Shown one piece after another: positions 1 through 10,334 of a DNA stretch of 64,000 bases. Positions within the stretch are counted from its first letter, which is position 1, and each line of letters opens with the position of its first letter. The notes beneath the pieces are model-generated. The model worked only from the letters and a program-made list of their open reading frames with translations. It was not told the DNA's origin and made no database searches. This stretch comes from an uncultured Trueperaceae bacterium (GTDB lineage Bacteria > Deinococcota > Deinococci > Deinococcales > Trueperaceae), in the NCBI GenBank assembly GCA_963727505.1, contig CAVSGP010000009.1, positions 160,001 through 224,000 of the forward strand. Direction: 5' to 3'. A program made the translations under genes and the position numbers.

Positions 1-33
1 CGGGATCGGTGATGTCCTCTCGTCGGGCGAGGG

Positions 34-696
34 TCATTGCAGGGGCTGGCTCGTCTTGTTGCCGGCGCTGTCCTCCACCACCACGGCGCCGCCCTTCTGG
101 GCCGGTACGTCCACCGAGAAGGGCACGTCCGGTCCCGGCGTGAAGGCGAGGGGCTGGCCATCGATGGTGATGCTCGCCACGCGGTTGTTGTCCTTCGCCT
201 CGCCTTCGACGTGGATCTGCCCGCTGCCGACCGAGCCCACCTTGCTGAGCTTGACCGTGGGCGGGGTGTTATCGATGGTCAGGTGGTAGTCGAGCGTCGA
301 GGTGCGGCCGTTGACGTCGGCGACAACGATGTGCGTCGTGACCTCGCCGTCCTGCAGGCCGCCCACGGTGAAGCGGAAGCGGATGAGCCGTTTGCCGCGT
401 TCGCCTGCGTAGGCCGCGTTCTGCAGCACGTCGGTGCCGTTGATCTTGATCGAGGCCACGCCGAAGTCGTCCATGGCGTAGCCCGTGATGGTGAGGTTGT
501 CGGCGGTGCGGGTGGTGCCGCTCTTGGGATCGCTGATCCCCACGATCGGCGTGGTCGAGTCCCCGCGACCCATACAGCCGGCCAGCAGCGGGAGGAGCGC
601 CCCCGTCGCGACGAGCAGCGCAACGGCGCGGCGCAGACGCGGGGCGCGCCGACGGCGCGCAGGTTTGGAAGCGGCCGGTGTCATGGACGGAAGCAT
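34..696 (-). CDS. Lipoprotein with tandem Ig-like (Big-type) beta-sandwich domains
   Basis: Basic N-terminus, hydrophobic stretch and lipobox LAGC; repeated 'ITGYAMDD..VASIKING' / 'VEGEAKDN..VASITIDG' and 'IDNTPP' linker. Start 696 follows -10 TAGACT; 684 is an alternative. Confidence 0.65.
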   Translation of the reverse strand: MLPSMTPAASKPARRRRAPRLRRAVALLVATGALLPLLAGCMGRGDSTTPIVGISDPKSGTTRTADNLTITGYAMDDFGVASIKINGTDVLQNAAYAGERGKRLIRFRFTVGGLQDGEVTTHIVVADVNGRTSTLDYHLTIDNTPPTVKLSKVGSVGSGQIHVEGEAKDNNRVASITIDGQPLAFTPGPDVPFSVDVPAQKGGAVVVEDSAGNKTSQPLQ

Positions 697-994
697 CGAA
701 CCGAAGTCTATCCTACCGGCTCGCACGTGGCCGGACGGTGGCGGACGAGGAGGAACCCATGGGCCCCAGCATGGCAGGCCCGGGAGAGCCCTTCGTGAGC
801 CTCCCCCTCATACGGTCTCATGCGATGTACCGCATGCACTTTGGTAAACTGTGAAGACCGTCCGACCGGGGGCGCCAATGCCCTGAGCGAAAGGAGGCGT
901 GGCGAGGCAACTTCGCGATCATCATCAGACCTCGTCGAGCCGCGCAAGGGCGCGGGCGACGGAGCTACGTTGAACACCACGATGTGGGAGGAAC

Positions 995-2752
995 ATGAAA
1001 CGAATTCTCATTCTACTTGCCGTTGCGCTGATGGCCAGCGCGGTCTTCGCGCAGACGGCGCAGAACACGCTGGTCGAGGACAAGTTCGGCTCGATCGATA
1101 CGCTCGACCCGGCGCAGTCCTACGACACCTCGTCGAGTCTGGTCATCCAGAACGTCTACGAGACGCTCTACGCCTACAAGGGCTCGAGCGCCGGCGAGTT
1201 CGTTCCCGCGCTCGCCACCGACTACAAGGTGTCCAGCGACGGCGGCACGTTCACCTTCACGCTGCGCAAGGGCGTCACCTTCCACAACGGCGATCCCTTC
1301 ACCTGCGCCGACGTCGCCTACTCGATGAAGCGCGCGGTCATCACCAACAACCCGCAGTCGGGCGACTGGATCCTGGCCGGGCCGCTCAGCGGCTACACCG
1401 CGGACGCCTCCACCGCCCTGGGCAAGGACGCGACCGACGCTGATTACCACAAGTACTTCCAGACGGTCGACAGCAGCGTCACCTGCCCCGATCCGTACAC
1501 CGCGGTCTTCCACCTGGCCCAGCCGAGCCCGACCTTCTTCGCGCGCCTGCTCTTCGGCGCGGCCTCGATCATCGACAAGAAGTGGGCGATCGAGAACGGA
1601 CAGTGGGACGGCACCGAAGCCACCTGGAAGAAGTGGATCGGCTACGACCTGCACAACAACTCCTACCTCCAGGACCACATGAACGGTACCGGCGCCTATC
1701 AGATGGTGCAGTGGGTGCCCGGGCAGAAGTTCGTGGCCAAGGCGTACGACGGCTACTGGGGCGACAAGCCGGCCATCAAGAACGTCCTGATCAACCGCGA
1801 CAGTGAAGTGTCGACCCGCATCCTGAACCTGCAGAAGGGCAACGCCGACTACATCGACCTCGGCGCCCGCTCCGACGTCAAGCAGGTCGAGGGTGCCCAG
1901 GGCGTGAAGATCTGGAACCTCGACGGCAAGCTCGGTTGGTCCGAAGCCGCCGTGGACGCCATCTTCTTGAACGAAAACATCAAGGCCGCCAACAATTCCA
2001 ACATCGGCTCCGGCAAGCTCGACGGCAACGGCGTTCCGCCGGACTTCTTCGCCAACAAGGACGTCCGCCTGTGCTTCAACTACGCCTTCGACCGCCAGGC
2101 GTACGGCCAGCAGGTGCTCCTGGGCATGGGCCTGCAGCTGACGATGGCGCTGCCGAAGTCGTTCCTCGGCTACGACCCCAACATCCCCGAGTACAACCTC
2201 GATCTCGAGAAGGCCGCCCAGCACTGCAAGGCCGCCTTCGACGGCAAGCTCTGGCAGGACGGCTTCAAGATCACGCTGCTCTACAACACGGGCAACACCT
2301 CCCGCCAGACGGCGCTGGAGATCCTGAAGTCGAACCTCGAGTACATCAACCCGAAGTTCAACGTCACCGTTCGCGGCGTCGCCTGGCCGGACTTCATCAA
2401 GCAGGCCAGCGAGAGCACCATGGCGGCCTACGCCCTCGGTTGGGGCGCCGACTACGCTGACCCGGACAACTTCATCACCACGTTCTACGCCAAGGGCGGC
2501 TACTACGCCGACCAGTACAACTTCTCCAACCCTCAGATCAATCAGCTCAACGAGCAGGCGCGCACCGAGACCAACAGTGACGCCCGCAAGCTGATGTACA
2601 GCCAGATCGGCAACCTGGCACATGACCTGTCGCCGATCATCCTCGTCCCGCGGGCCTACCCGATCCTCGTGACGAGCACGTCGCTCAAGGGCGTGTACTA
2701 CAACCCCATGATCGGCAACGGCGAGTTCCTCTGGAGCAAGGTCTCCAAGTAG
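995..2752 (+). CDS. Peptide/nickel ABC transporter substrate-binding protein (family 5)
   Basis: Signal peptide; 'TLDPA..YD', 'YETL', 'LRKGVTFHNGDPFTCADVAYS', 'NGTGAY', 'GWGADYADPD'; RBS GGAGG. Confidence 0.95.
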   Translation: MKRILILLAVALMASAVFAQTAQNTLVEDKFGSIDTLDPAQSYDTSSSLVIQNVYETLYAYKGSSAGEFVPALATDYKVSSDGGTFTFTLRKGVTFHNGDPFTCADVAYSMKRAVITNNPQSGDWILAGPLSGYTADASTALGKDATDADYHKYFQTVDSSVTCPDPYTAVFHLAQPSPTFFARLLFGAASIIDKKWAIENGQWDGTEATWKKWIGYDLHNNSYLQDHMNGTGAYQMVQWVPGQKFVAKAYDGYWGDKPAIKNVLINRDSEVSTRILNLQKGNADYIDLGARSDVKQVEGAQGVKIWNLDGKLGWSEAAVDAIFLNENIKAANNSNIGSGKLDGNGVPPDFFANKDVRLCFNYAFDRQAYGQQVLLGMGLQLTMALPKSFLGYDPNIPEYNLDLEKAAQHCKAAFDGKLWQDGFKITLLYNTGNTSRQTALEILKSNLEYINPKFNVTVRGVAWPDFIKQASESTMAAYALGWGADYADPDNFITTFYAKGGYYADQYNFSNPQINQLNEQARTETNSDARKLMYSQIGNLAHDLSPIILVPRAYPILVTSTSLKGVYYNPMIGNGEFLWSKVSK

Positions 2753-2764
2753 GACGCCGATCCT

Positions 2765-2807
2765 GTCGCGGCGAAGGGGGCGGCCATCAGGCCGCCCCCG
2801 CCGCGGC
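2765..2807 (+). other. Intercistronic stem-loop after the substrate-binding gene (likely differential mRNA stability)
   Basis: GGGGGCGGCC-atca-GGCCGCCCCC with outer pairing and no U-tract. Confidence 0.5.
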
Positions 2808-2824
2808 TATGAGGTGACAAGACG

Positions 2825-3862
2825 TTGCTAACCTTTATCGTTCGACGCGTTCTTTTCCTGCCGGTCGTCTTTCTTGGAGTCACGCTCATGATCGTGCTCC
2901 TGATGCAGCTCCTCAGCCCGGCCGAACGGGCGGCGACCTTCATCACGTCGCCCGCCCAGCTTCAGAACATGGATGCCATCATCGCGAAGTACGGGCTCGA
3001 CAAGCCCTGGTACCAGCAGTACTGGCGCTGGCTCGATTCCGCCGCTCACGGCAACCTGGGCTACTCCACCGTGGCGCGGACCACCGTGGTGAAGGCCATC
3101 GCGACGCGCTTCCCGCGCACCGTGACGCTGGCTCTGGCCGCGCTCTTCCCGATCGTGGGGGTGGGCATCTGGCTGGGAACAGCCGCGGCCCTCAATCGCG
3201 ACAAGATGGTCGATCAGATCACACGCGTGCTGGCCATCGTAGGCTGGTCGCTGCCCACGTTCGTGCTCGGTATCTGGCTGCTGGTGATCTTCTACGGAGG
3301 ACTCAACTGGTTCCAACCAGGGATTCTGACGACCGGGGATTCGATCCGGTTGTCGAACCTCACCGCCAACGGCGCCTTCCACGACTACACCGGTTTCCTT
3401 ATCCTCGATTCGATCTTCAACGGCCGCTTCGGTATCTTTCTGGACGTCGTCTGGCACCTCGTTCTCCCCGTCATCACGCTGTCGGCGGTGACGAGCGCCC
3501 AGATCATGCGCGTCATGCGCTCGTCGCTTCTCGACGCGCTGGGGCAGGACTACGTTCGCACCGCCCGCTCCAAGGGCCTCTCCGAGCACGTGGTCAACAC
3601 CAAGCACGCCCGCCGCAACGCCCTGATCCCCGTCCTGACGGTCTCGGGCTTCACGATCATCTTGTTGTTCAACGGCGTGGTCATCACCGAGACGATCTTC
3701 TCCTACCCCGGGATGGGCCAGTGGTTCGCCGCGGCGGCCACCCAGCTCGACTACGCGTCGGTGCTCGGCGGCGCGGTGTTCACTGCCATGATCGTGGTGC
3801 TGGCGAACCTGGTCGTTGACGTCCTCTACGCCCTGGTCGATCCCCGGATCCGGTACGACTGA
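2825..3862 (+). CDS. Peptide ABC transporter permease (DppB/OppB family)
   Basis: TM segments; EAA-type loop 'QDYVRTARSKGL...HARRNALIP'; C-terminal 'DPRIRY'; TTG start. Confidence 0.95.
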   Translation: MLTFIVRRVLFLPVVFLGVTLMIVLLMQLLSPAERAATFITSPAQLQNMDAIIAKYGLDKPWYQQYWRWLDSAAHGNLGYSTVARTTVVKAIATRFPRTVTLALAALFPIVGVGIWLGTAAALNRDKMVDQITRVLAIVGWSLPTFVLGIWLLVIFYGGLNWFQPGILTTGDSIRLSNLTANGAFHDYTGFLILDSIFNGRFGIFLDVVWHLVLPVITLSAVTSAQIMRVMRSSLLDALGQDYVRTARSKGLSEHVVNTKHARRNALIPVLTVSGFTIILLFNGVVITETIFSYPGMGQWFAAAATQLDYASVLGGAVFTAMIVVLANLVVDVLYALVDPRIRYD

Positions 3863-4908
3863 TGGCCGCGCCTTCCAAACATGCCGAGATCACCGCTGAC
3901 GGCCTGCTGCGAGACGACCAGCGCGGTTTCTGGCGCTCGAAGGCCTTCAAGCGCTTCCGGCGCAACCCGCTGGCGATCACCGGTACGGTGCTGGTGATCT
4001 TCTACATCCTGGTGGCCGTCTTCGCGCCGCAACTGACCTACTTCCAGCTCAAGACCATCCGCAACACCTGCGTGCGCGACCTGGGCCTGGGCTTCGGGGA
4101 GACGCACAAGATCGTCGAGCCCTGGACCCCGGTGTTCTGGCGCGCCATCGTGGCTCCGCCCTCGACCTGTTTCACCATCCCTCGGGCGAGCTACTCCGCG
4201 GTTCCCACGCCGCCGAACGGCAAGCTCTGGCTGGGCGCTACCAGCGGCGGCTACGACCTCTACTACGGGCTGGTGTGGGGGACCCGGTCGGCCTTCTACG
4301 TCGGCATCCTGGTGGTGGGCTTCGGGATCCTGTTCGGGGCCCTGGTGGGGTCGATCGCCGGTTACACCGGCGGCTGGCTCGACAACGCGATCATGCGTTT
4401 CGTCGACGTGGTGCTGTCGATGCCCAGCCTGGTCATCGCCATCGTCATCGTGACCATCCTGGGGCAGGGCCTCACCCACGTCATGATCGCGATCGCGGCG
4501 GTGCAATGGGCGCCCTATTCGCGCATCCTTCGTGGTGACATCATGTCGATCAAGGAGCGGGACTTCATCGACGGAGCCCGCGCCTTGGGGGCACGGGGGC
4601 CGAGGGTGGTCCTGAGGCACATCCTGCCCAACTCGCTGGGGCCGCTGCTGGTCATCGCCAGCCTCGATATCGGCGCCATCGTGCTGACCGCTGCGGCTTT
4701 GAGCTTCCTTGGGCTCGGAGCGCCGGTGGGCTACGCCGACTGGGGGCAGATGATCAGCTTCGCCCGCGACTGGATCAAGGGACCTCCCGGTCAGCCGTTT
4801 GCCTACTGGTTCGTGTCCGCCTGGCCCGGCCTCGTCATCGTGGTCTTCGTGCTGGGCTGGAACCTGCTCGGCGACGCGGTGCGCGACGTGCTCGACGTGC
4901 GTAGCTAG
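3862..4908 (+). CDS. Peptide ABC transporter permease (DppC/OppC family)
   Basis: 'FRRNPLA', 'DFIDGARALGA...RHILPN', 'LSFLGLG...WG.MI', 'NLLGDAVRDVLD'; TGATG coupling to the upstream gene. Confidence 0.95.
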   Translation: MAAPSKHAEITADGLLRDDQRGFWRSKAFKRFRRNPLAITGTVLVIFYILVAVFAPQLTYFQLKTIRNTCVRDLGLGFGETHKIVEPWTPVFWRAIVAPPSTCFTIPRASYSAVPTPPNGKLWLGATSGGYDLYYGLVWGTRSAFYVGILVVGFGILFGALVGSIAGYTGGWLDNAIMRFVDVVLSMPSLVIAIVIVTILGQGLTHVMIAIAAVQWAPYSRILRGDIMSIKERDFIDGARALGARGPRVVLRHILPNSLGPLLVIASLDIGAIVLTAAALSFLGLGAPVGYADWGQMISFARDWIKGPPGQPFAYWFVSAWPGLVIVVFVLGWNLLGDAVRDVLDVRS

Positions 4909-4934
4909 GCGCCACCCCCGCTCGAACCGACGTC

Positions 4935-4973
4935 ACGCGGTCCGCACCGGAACGGTGCGGACCGCGTTCTTTT
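4935..4973 (+). terminator. Rho-independent terminator of the ABC operon
   Basis: Perfect 15-bp stem ACGCGGTCCGCACCG-gaa-CGGTGCGGACCGCGT followed by TCTTTT. Confidence 0.85.
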
Positions 4974-5016
4974 GGGCGTTCTCTCTTGTGGGTTCCGGCC
5001 GGGGGCGCTTAGCGCA

Positions 5017-5601
5017 CTAGCGCGTGACCGTGAGGTCGCCGGGGCCGCCCGTGAGGGTGGCGGTCGGCGGCATGGCACCGTTCAGCGCCAGCAGGAAGGC
5101 CGTGAGCTGGACGTACCGGGCGTCGTTGAACTTGCCGGGATCGTAGCGCGGCATGGCGCTCTTCACGTAACGGAAGAGCGCCGACGGCGTCGGGTATTCC
5201 TGCAGCAGATCGGTGCCCCGCAGGGCGGGAGGCTGGCCGATCGAGAAGCTGTTCCTGGCCGTGATCTGGGTGTCGGACCAGCGCGCGGGGTTGGCGGGCC
5301 GGTGGCAACGCTCGCAGGCGCGGTGGTCGGGGATGAAGGCCATACGGGCCTCGGCGAAGCCCTTGCCGGTGGGGCCGTGACAGGTGGCGCACACGATGTG
5401 GAAGGTATCGGAGCCCGCCTTCACCTGGTCGCTGGCGTGCGCCAGCAGCGAGGCCAGCACCGGATAGTGCGTGGGTGAAGGCAGCGCGTCCGGCGAAGGC
5501 ATGCCGGCGTAGTCGTTGGGGCTCAGCCACACTTCGGAGAACGCGCTCAGCAACACCACGATGGGGACGAGCGCCAGCACCAGGCCCAAGCGCCTCAGCA
5601 T
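5017..5601 (-). CDS. Exported c-type cytochrome with two CxxCH motifs
   Basis: Signal/anchor, CATCH and CERCH, distal 'SAMP' Met motif. Confidence 0.8.
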   Translation of the reverse strand: MLRRLGLVLALVPIVVLLSAFSEVWLSPNDYAGMPSPDALPSPTHYPVLASLLAHASDQVKAGSDTFHIVCATCHGPTGKGFAEARMAFIPDHRACERCHRPANPARWSDTQITARNSFSIGQPPALRGTDLLQEYPTPSALFRYVKSAMPRYDPGKFNDARYVQLTAFLLALNGAMPPTATLTGGPGDLTVTR

Positions 5602-5688
5602 CGCGGAGAGCCTGGCAGGCGCCGGCGCCCGGCGCCCGGAACGAACAGTCGTTGGGCCCCTCCATCCCGACCGGCGGGGCCCAACGGG

Positions 5689-6147
5689 TTAGTTACGCTT
5701 GTCGTCGTCTTCGCTGTCGGACTCTGGCGCGGGGGCCCCGTCGTCGGGGAGCTCGTCGGCCGGCGCCGTGTCCTCGACCGCGCTGTCCTCGGGCGCCGTG
5801 TCCTCGACGCTGGCGTCCGTCACGGCCGCGGGCTTGCCAGGAGCGGGTGGGGTGGTCGTGGAGGGAGGCGTCGTTCCGCCCGGAGCCGTGCTCGCGCTGG
5901 CCGGCGCCGCCTGGCGGGCCGAGCGGTCACCCTGCAACACCCGGACCACGAAGTAGATCAGCCCGGCCACGATGGCGACCGGCACGATGAACCGGAGCAA
6001 CCACCAGATCAGCCCTGCCAGGAACTTGAGCAGAAGACCGACCCATCCCAGGACCCAGCCGCCGAGCCACAGCACGCCTGTGCCGATGAGCAGGGCGATC
6101 AGCCCGAAGACCACCAGTTCGACGACTTCCTGCAACGAGCGCTTCAT
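5689..6147 (-). CDS. Hypothetical membrane protein with acidic low-complexity tail
   Basis: MKRSLQEVVELVVFG..., 2-3 TM helices; -10 TATACT 6 nt before the ATG. Confidence 0.7.
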   Translation of the reverse strand: MKRSLQEVVELVVFGLIALLIGTGVLWLGGWVLGWVGLLLKFLAGLIWWLLRFIVPVAIVAGLIYFVVRVLQGDRSARQAAPASASTAPGGTTPPSTTTPPAPGKPAAVTDASVEDTAPEDSAVEDTAPADELPDDGAPAPESDSEDDDKRN

Positions 6148-6253
6148 GCGGGCAGTATAGCAGGGAGGCCCGGCGCTTCCCGGAGGAATGCGCGCGTGCG
6201 TGGGCGAAAGCGTCGCGTCGGCGGTCGGCGTGCCGCACCGGTAGACTGATCGG

Positions 6254-7489
6254 ATGAGGCTCGACGTCCGACTCGAACGGATGGTCCACGGCGGGGCGGC
6301 CCTCACCCGCACCGAGGATGGCCACGTAGCGCTGGTGCGCGGCGGCCTCCCCGGAGAACGCGTGCGGGCTGAGGTGGAGCCCGTCAAGGGCGTCCTGCAG
6401 GGCCTCGTCACGGAGGTTCTGGAGGCTAGCCCCGACCGGGTCGAGGCGCCGAACCACCCGGGCCTCGACTACGGGTTCATCGCCTACGCGCGCCAGCTCG
6501 AGCTCAAGCGCGAGGTGGTCGGCGACGCTTTGCGGCGCGCCGGTGCGGGGGAGCGCGACGTCCCGCCGGTGCGCCCGTCGCCGGAGACCTGGGGCTACCG
6601 GAGCGCGGCCCAGCCGGCGGTGAGCCGCCGCGGCCTGGGCTACCGCCGCAGTGGCTCGCACCAGGTGGTAGCGCTCGACGTCGACCCCGTGGCCAACGAG
6701 GCACTGCAGCATGCATGGCAGGTGCTCGCGAGGCGCCTGGAGGACCTGCGCGGCGTGCACGAAGTGGCGCTGCGCGGCAACGACGACGGCGAAGCCCTGG
6801 CGGCACTGGTGACGACGCTACCCGAGCGCGAGCTGTTGCCGCTGGCCCACGAGCTGGTCCGCGAGGGGATCCGCGGTGTCGCCCATGCGCCCTTCGATCC
6901 TCGCGGGCGCTTCCGCCGCGGCAGCTCGCGGCTGGCCGGGGCCCGGACCCTGCGGCAACGCTTCGGCGACGTCGACCTCAGCGTCGGCGCTACGGCCTTC
7001 GCCCAGCCCAACGCTCATGCGGCCGGCGAGCTCTACCGGGAGCTGGTGCGCTGGTTGCCGGCCGGAAGACACGCGTGGGACCTCTTCGCCGGCGGCGGCG
7101 CCATCGCCTTCCACCTCGCGCAGCGCTTCGAGACCGTGACCGCGGTCGAGATCGACCGCGCGGCCGTCGCTCGCGGCGAGCGTGACGCCGAGCGCCTGGG
7201 TCTGGGCGGCGTGCGCTTCCTGCGCGCCGACGCGCGGCGCGCGCCGCTGCCCGGCGACGCCGAGCTCGTAGCCGTCGATCCGCCCCGTGCGGGCCTGTCG
7301 GCCGAGGTACGCCACGCCATCGTCGACAGCCCGACGCCGCGGCTGCTCTACGTGTCGTGCGACCCGGCGACCTGGGCCCGGGACGTGGCGGCTTTCGAGC
7401 AGGCGGGGCTCCGCCTCGTACGGTTCGAACCCTTCGACTTCTACCCGCACACGCACCACGTCGAGCTTCTGTCGCTGTTCGAGCGCTGA
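6254..7489 (+). CDS. TRAM-domain RNA (uracil-C5)-methyltransferase, RlmD/TrmA family
   Basis: N-terminal TRAM ('GLPGERV'), 'WGYR', 'AFAQPN', 'DLFAGGG', 'VDPPRAG', 'YVSCDPAT', 'FYPHTHHVE'. Confidence 0.9.
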   Translation: MRLDVRLERMVHGGAALTRTEDGHVALVRGGLPGERVRAEVEPVKGVLQGLVTEVLEASPDRVEAPNHPGLDYGFIAYARQLELKREVVGDALRRAGAGERDVPPVRPSPETWGYRSAAQPAVSRRGLGYRRSGSHQVVALDVDPVANEALQHAWQVLARRLEDLRGVHEVALRGNDDGEALAALVTTLPERELLPLAHELVREGIRGVAHAPFDPRGRFRRGSSRLAGARTLRQRFGDVDLSVGATAFAQPNAHAAGELYRELVRWLPAGRHAWDLFAGGGAIAFHLAQRFETVTAVEIDRAAVARGERDAERLGLGGVRFLRADARRAPLPGDAELVAVDPPRAGLSAEVRHAIVDSPTPRLLYVSCDPATWARDVAAFEQAGLRLVRFEPFDFYPHTHHVELLSLFER

Positions 7490-7511
7490 GGACGGGGGTA
7501 TGCTGCGGCCC

Positions 7512-8285
7512 ATGCTGGCGCGCCGCATCATCCCCTGCCTCGACGTCGCCGCGGGCCGGGTCACCCGCGGGCAGCAGTTCGGTCGGGCCGAACGTGGCGA
7601 GCTCGCGGACGTCGGCGACCCGGTCGAGTTGGCTCTGGCCTACAACGCGCAGGGCGCGGACGAGCTGGTGTTCTACGACATCACGGCCACCGCCGAGGGG
7701 CGCGGCGCCATCCTCGAGGTGGCGACCCGCACCGCCGAGCAGTGCTTCATGCCGCTCACCATCGGTGGAGGTGTGCGCACGCTGGCCGACTTCCGTGCGC
7801 TGTTCCTGGCCGGTGCCGACAAGGTGTCGGTCAACTCGGGTGCGGTGGCCCGGCCCGACGTGCTCCGCGAGGCGGCCGACCACTACGGCAGCCAGGCGGT
7901 GGTGCTGTCGATCGACGCCAAGCGCACGGCCGACGGTCTCGAGGTCTACGTGGCGGGCGGCCGCAAGGCCACCGGCCTGGAGGTGATCGCCTGGGCCGCG
8001 CGTGGGCAGGAGCTCGGGGCGGGGGAGATCGTGCTCAACAGCATCGATGCCGACGGGATGAAGACCGGCTTCGACGTCGAGGCGACGCGGGCGGTGGCGC
8101 GGGCGGTGGACATCCCGGTGGTGGCCTCGGGCGGCGCCGGGCGCGCCGAGCACCTGCGGGAGGTGCTGCTTCAGGGCGAGGCGGACGCCGCCCTGGCCGC
8201 CGGCATCTTCCACCGCGGCGAGGTGACCGTCGACGACGTCAAGCGCGTGTGCGCCGAGGCCGGCCTGGTCGTGCGGCGGGTGTGA
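7512..8285 (+). CDS. hisF: Imidazole glycerol phosphate synthase cyclase subunit
   Basis: [44 protein letters not shown]; leaderless start after TATGCT. Confidence 0.97.
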   Translation: MLARRIIPCLDVAAGRVTRGQQFGRAERGELADVGDPVELALAYNAQGADELVFYDITATAEGRGAILEVATRTAEQCFMPLTIGGGVRTLADFRALFLAGADKVSVNSGAVARPDVLREAADHYGSQAVVLSIDAKRTADGLEVYVAGGRKATGLEVIAWAARGQELGAGEIVLNSIDADGMKTGFDVEATRAVARAVDIPVVASGGAGRAEHLREVLLQGEADAALAAGIFHRGEVTVDDVKRVCAEAGLVVRRV

Positions 8286-8329
8286 GCCGGAACGCGGCGC
8301 GCGCCGCCAGCGAGGATGAGGAGGAACGC

Positions 8330-9466
8330 GTGAGCGACGATCGCCCCCACCTGGAAACCCTGGCGGTGCACGCCGGCAGCGAGCCCGACCCCGCGACCGG
8401 GGCCGTGACGCCGCCCATCCACCTCAGCACCACCTTCCGTCGCGACGCCGACGGCACGTACCCTCTGGGGTTCGTCTACACCCGCAGTTCCAACCCCAAC
8501 CGGCAGGCACTGGAGACGGCGCTGGCCGCGCTCCAGGGCGGAGTCGAGGCGGCGGCGTTCAGCTCCGGCTCGGCGGCTGCCGCGGCCGTGCTGCGTTCGG
8601 TCCGCCCCGGCGACCACGTGCTGCTGCCGGTCGAGCTGTACCACGGCATCCGCAAGCTGGTGGACGGAGCGCTGGTCCCGTGGGGGCTGGCCGTGGATTA
8701 TGTCGACCTCACCGACGTCGACGCGCTGCGCCGCGCCTGGCGGCCGAATACGCGGCTCGTCTGGGTGGAGACCCCTTCCAACCCGCTGCTGAGCATCACC
8801 GACCTGCTTGCGGTGAGCGAGATCGCGCACGCCCGTGGCGCGCGTGTGGCGGTGGACGCCACCTGGACCCCGCCCGGTGTGGCCGACCCCTTCGCGTTCG
8901 GCGCGGATCTGGTGGTGCACGCCACCACCAAGTACCTGTCGGGACACAGCGACGTGCTCGGCGGCGCGGTGGTCAGCGCGCGCGCTGACGTGGCCTGGGA
9001 GCGGATCCGTTTCCTACAACAGCACGAGGGCGCGGTCCCGAGCCCGTTCGATTGCTGGCTGGCGCACCGGGGGCTGCGCACGCTGCCCTACCGCATGCGC
9101 GGTCACGGTGAAGGGGCGGCGCAGGTCGCGGCGTTCCTGGCCGACCGGCCGGAGGTGGCGCGCGTGCACTATCCGGGCCTGCCGAGCCACCCCGGGCACG
9201 CGCTGGCGGCCCGGCAGATGATCGGGTTCGGCGGCATGCTGTCGTTCCGCGTGCACGGAGGGGAGGCGGCCGCCATGGCGGCCGCGGCGCGCGTACGGCT
9301 GTTCACGCGCGCCACCAGCCTCGGCGGCGTGGAGAGCCTGATCGAGCACCGCGCCTCCATCGAGGGATCGGGAACGACGACGCCGGACGACCTGCTGAGG
9401 GTGTCGGTGGGGCTCGAGCATCCCGACGACCTGATCGCGGACCTGGCGCAGGCGCTGGCCGGCTGA
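8330..9466 (+). CDS. PLP-dependent trans-sulfuration enzyme (cystathionine gamma-synthase/lyase family)
   Basis: 'YTRSSNPN', 'ETPSNP', PLP Lys motif '[11 protein letters not shown]', '[11 protein letters not shown]', 'LRVSVGLE'; GTG start after GAGGA. Confidence 0.9.
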   Translation: MSDDRPHLETLAVHAGSEPDPATGAVTPPIHLSTTFRRDADGTYPLGFVYTRSSNPNRQALETALAALQGGVEAAAFSSGSAAAAAVLRSVRPGDHVLLPVELYHGIRKLVDGALVPWGLAVDYVDLTDVDALRRAWRPNTRLVWVETPSNPLLSITDLLAVSEIAHARGARVAVDATWTPPGVADPFAFGADLVVHATTKYLSGHSDVLGGAVVSARADVAWERIRFLQQHEGAVPSPFDCWLAHRGLRTLPYRMRGHGEGAAQVAAFLADRPEVARVHYPGLPSHPGHALAARQMIGFGGMLSFRVHGGEAAAMAAAARVRLFTRATSLGGVESLIEHRASIEGSGTTTPDDLLRVSVGLEHPDDLIADLAQALAG

Positions 9467-9507
9467 CCCTACCGGGCCGCGCGGCCCCGCGCCGTAGACT
9501 GGTCGGC

Positions 9508-10230
9508 ATGACGTTTCCGCGCTTCCGTTTCGACGATGACGGCCTGCTGCCCGTCATCGCGCAGGACGCCTCATCGGGCGAGGTCCTGATGCTCGCGTAC
9601 GCCGATGCCGAGGCCGTCGAGGCCACCCTTGCGACACGCCAGGCGCATTACCACAGCCGCTCGCGCGGTGAGCTGTGGCGCAAGGGTGAGACCAGCGGTC
9701 ACGTGCAGCGCATCGTCGAGGTGCGCTACGACTGCGACGAGGACGCGCTGCTCTACCGCGTGGAGCAGACCGGCCCGGCCTGCCACACGGGGAACCGGAG
9801 CTGCTTCTACCGCAGCGTCGAGACGAGCGCCGCCGCCTCGGGCGACGCCGCCGACGCGCCGGCGGCCGGGACGGTCGCTGCCGCCGCGAGCGCCTCTGGC
9901 CCGGGCGCTTCTGCCGAGGAGGGGACCTCCCTCGGCGACGTGCTGGCGCTCCTTCAGCGGGTGGTGGGGGAGCGCTTGCGTGCGCTGCCGGAGGGTAGCT
10001 ACGTGCGGCGGCTGCACGAGCGCGGGCTCGGCTACGTGGCGCAGAAGGTGGTCGAAGAGGCGGGCGAGAGCATCGTGGCGGCGCTCGAGCACAAGGACGA
10101 CGAGCTGGTTGCCGAGGCGGCCGATCTGCTGTTCCACTTGACGGTGCTCCTGAACGAGCGCGGACTGACGCTGGACGACGTCGCTGGCGAGCTCGAGAAG
10201 CGGCACCGCGACGCCCCGCGCCGAACCTGA
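9508..10230 (+). CDS. hisIE: Bifunctional phosphoribosyl-AMP cyclohydrolase / phosphoribosyl-ATP pyrophosphatase
   Basis: 'LWRKGETSG', 'DCDEDAL', 'ACHTG..SCF', 'KVVEEAGE', 'EAADLLFH'; Ala-rich linker. Confidence 0.95.
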   Translation: MTFPRFRFDDDGLLPVIAQDASSGEVLMLAYADAEAVEATLATRQAHYHSRSRGELWRKGETSGHVQRIVEVRYDCDEDALLYRVEQTGPACHTGNRSCFYRSVETSAAASGDAADAPAAGTVAAAASASGPGASAEEGTSLGDVLALLQRVVGERLRALPEGSYVRRLHERGLGYVAQKVVEEAGESIVAALEHKDDELVAEAADLLFHLTVLLNERGLTLDDVAGELEKRHRDAPRRT

Positions 10231-10334
10231 ACGTCGCCCGGGACGCGGGAGCGTGGGCGCGACTGCGCCTCCGGGGCCGTGCGCCGCCGCGGCGGGCGTG
10301 ACAAGAGCACCCCCCGGCTGGCACAATGCAGGTC

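Noticed and set aside
7742..8329. N-terminal extensions in the ORF track (e.g. 574-aa PLP enzyme, 753-aa HslU, 990-aa SucA, 647-aa MGL)
   Set aside because: Extensions overlap neighbouring genes or promoters; family motifs and RBS/-10 signals point to later starts
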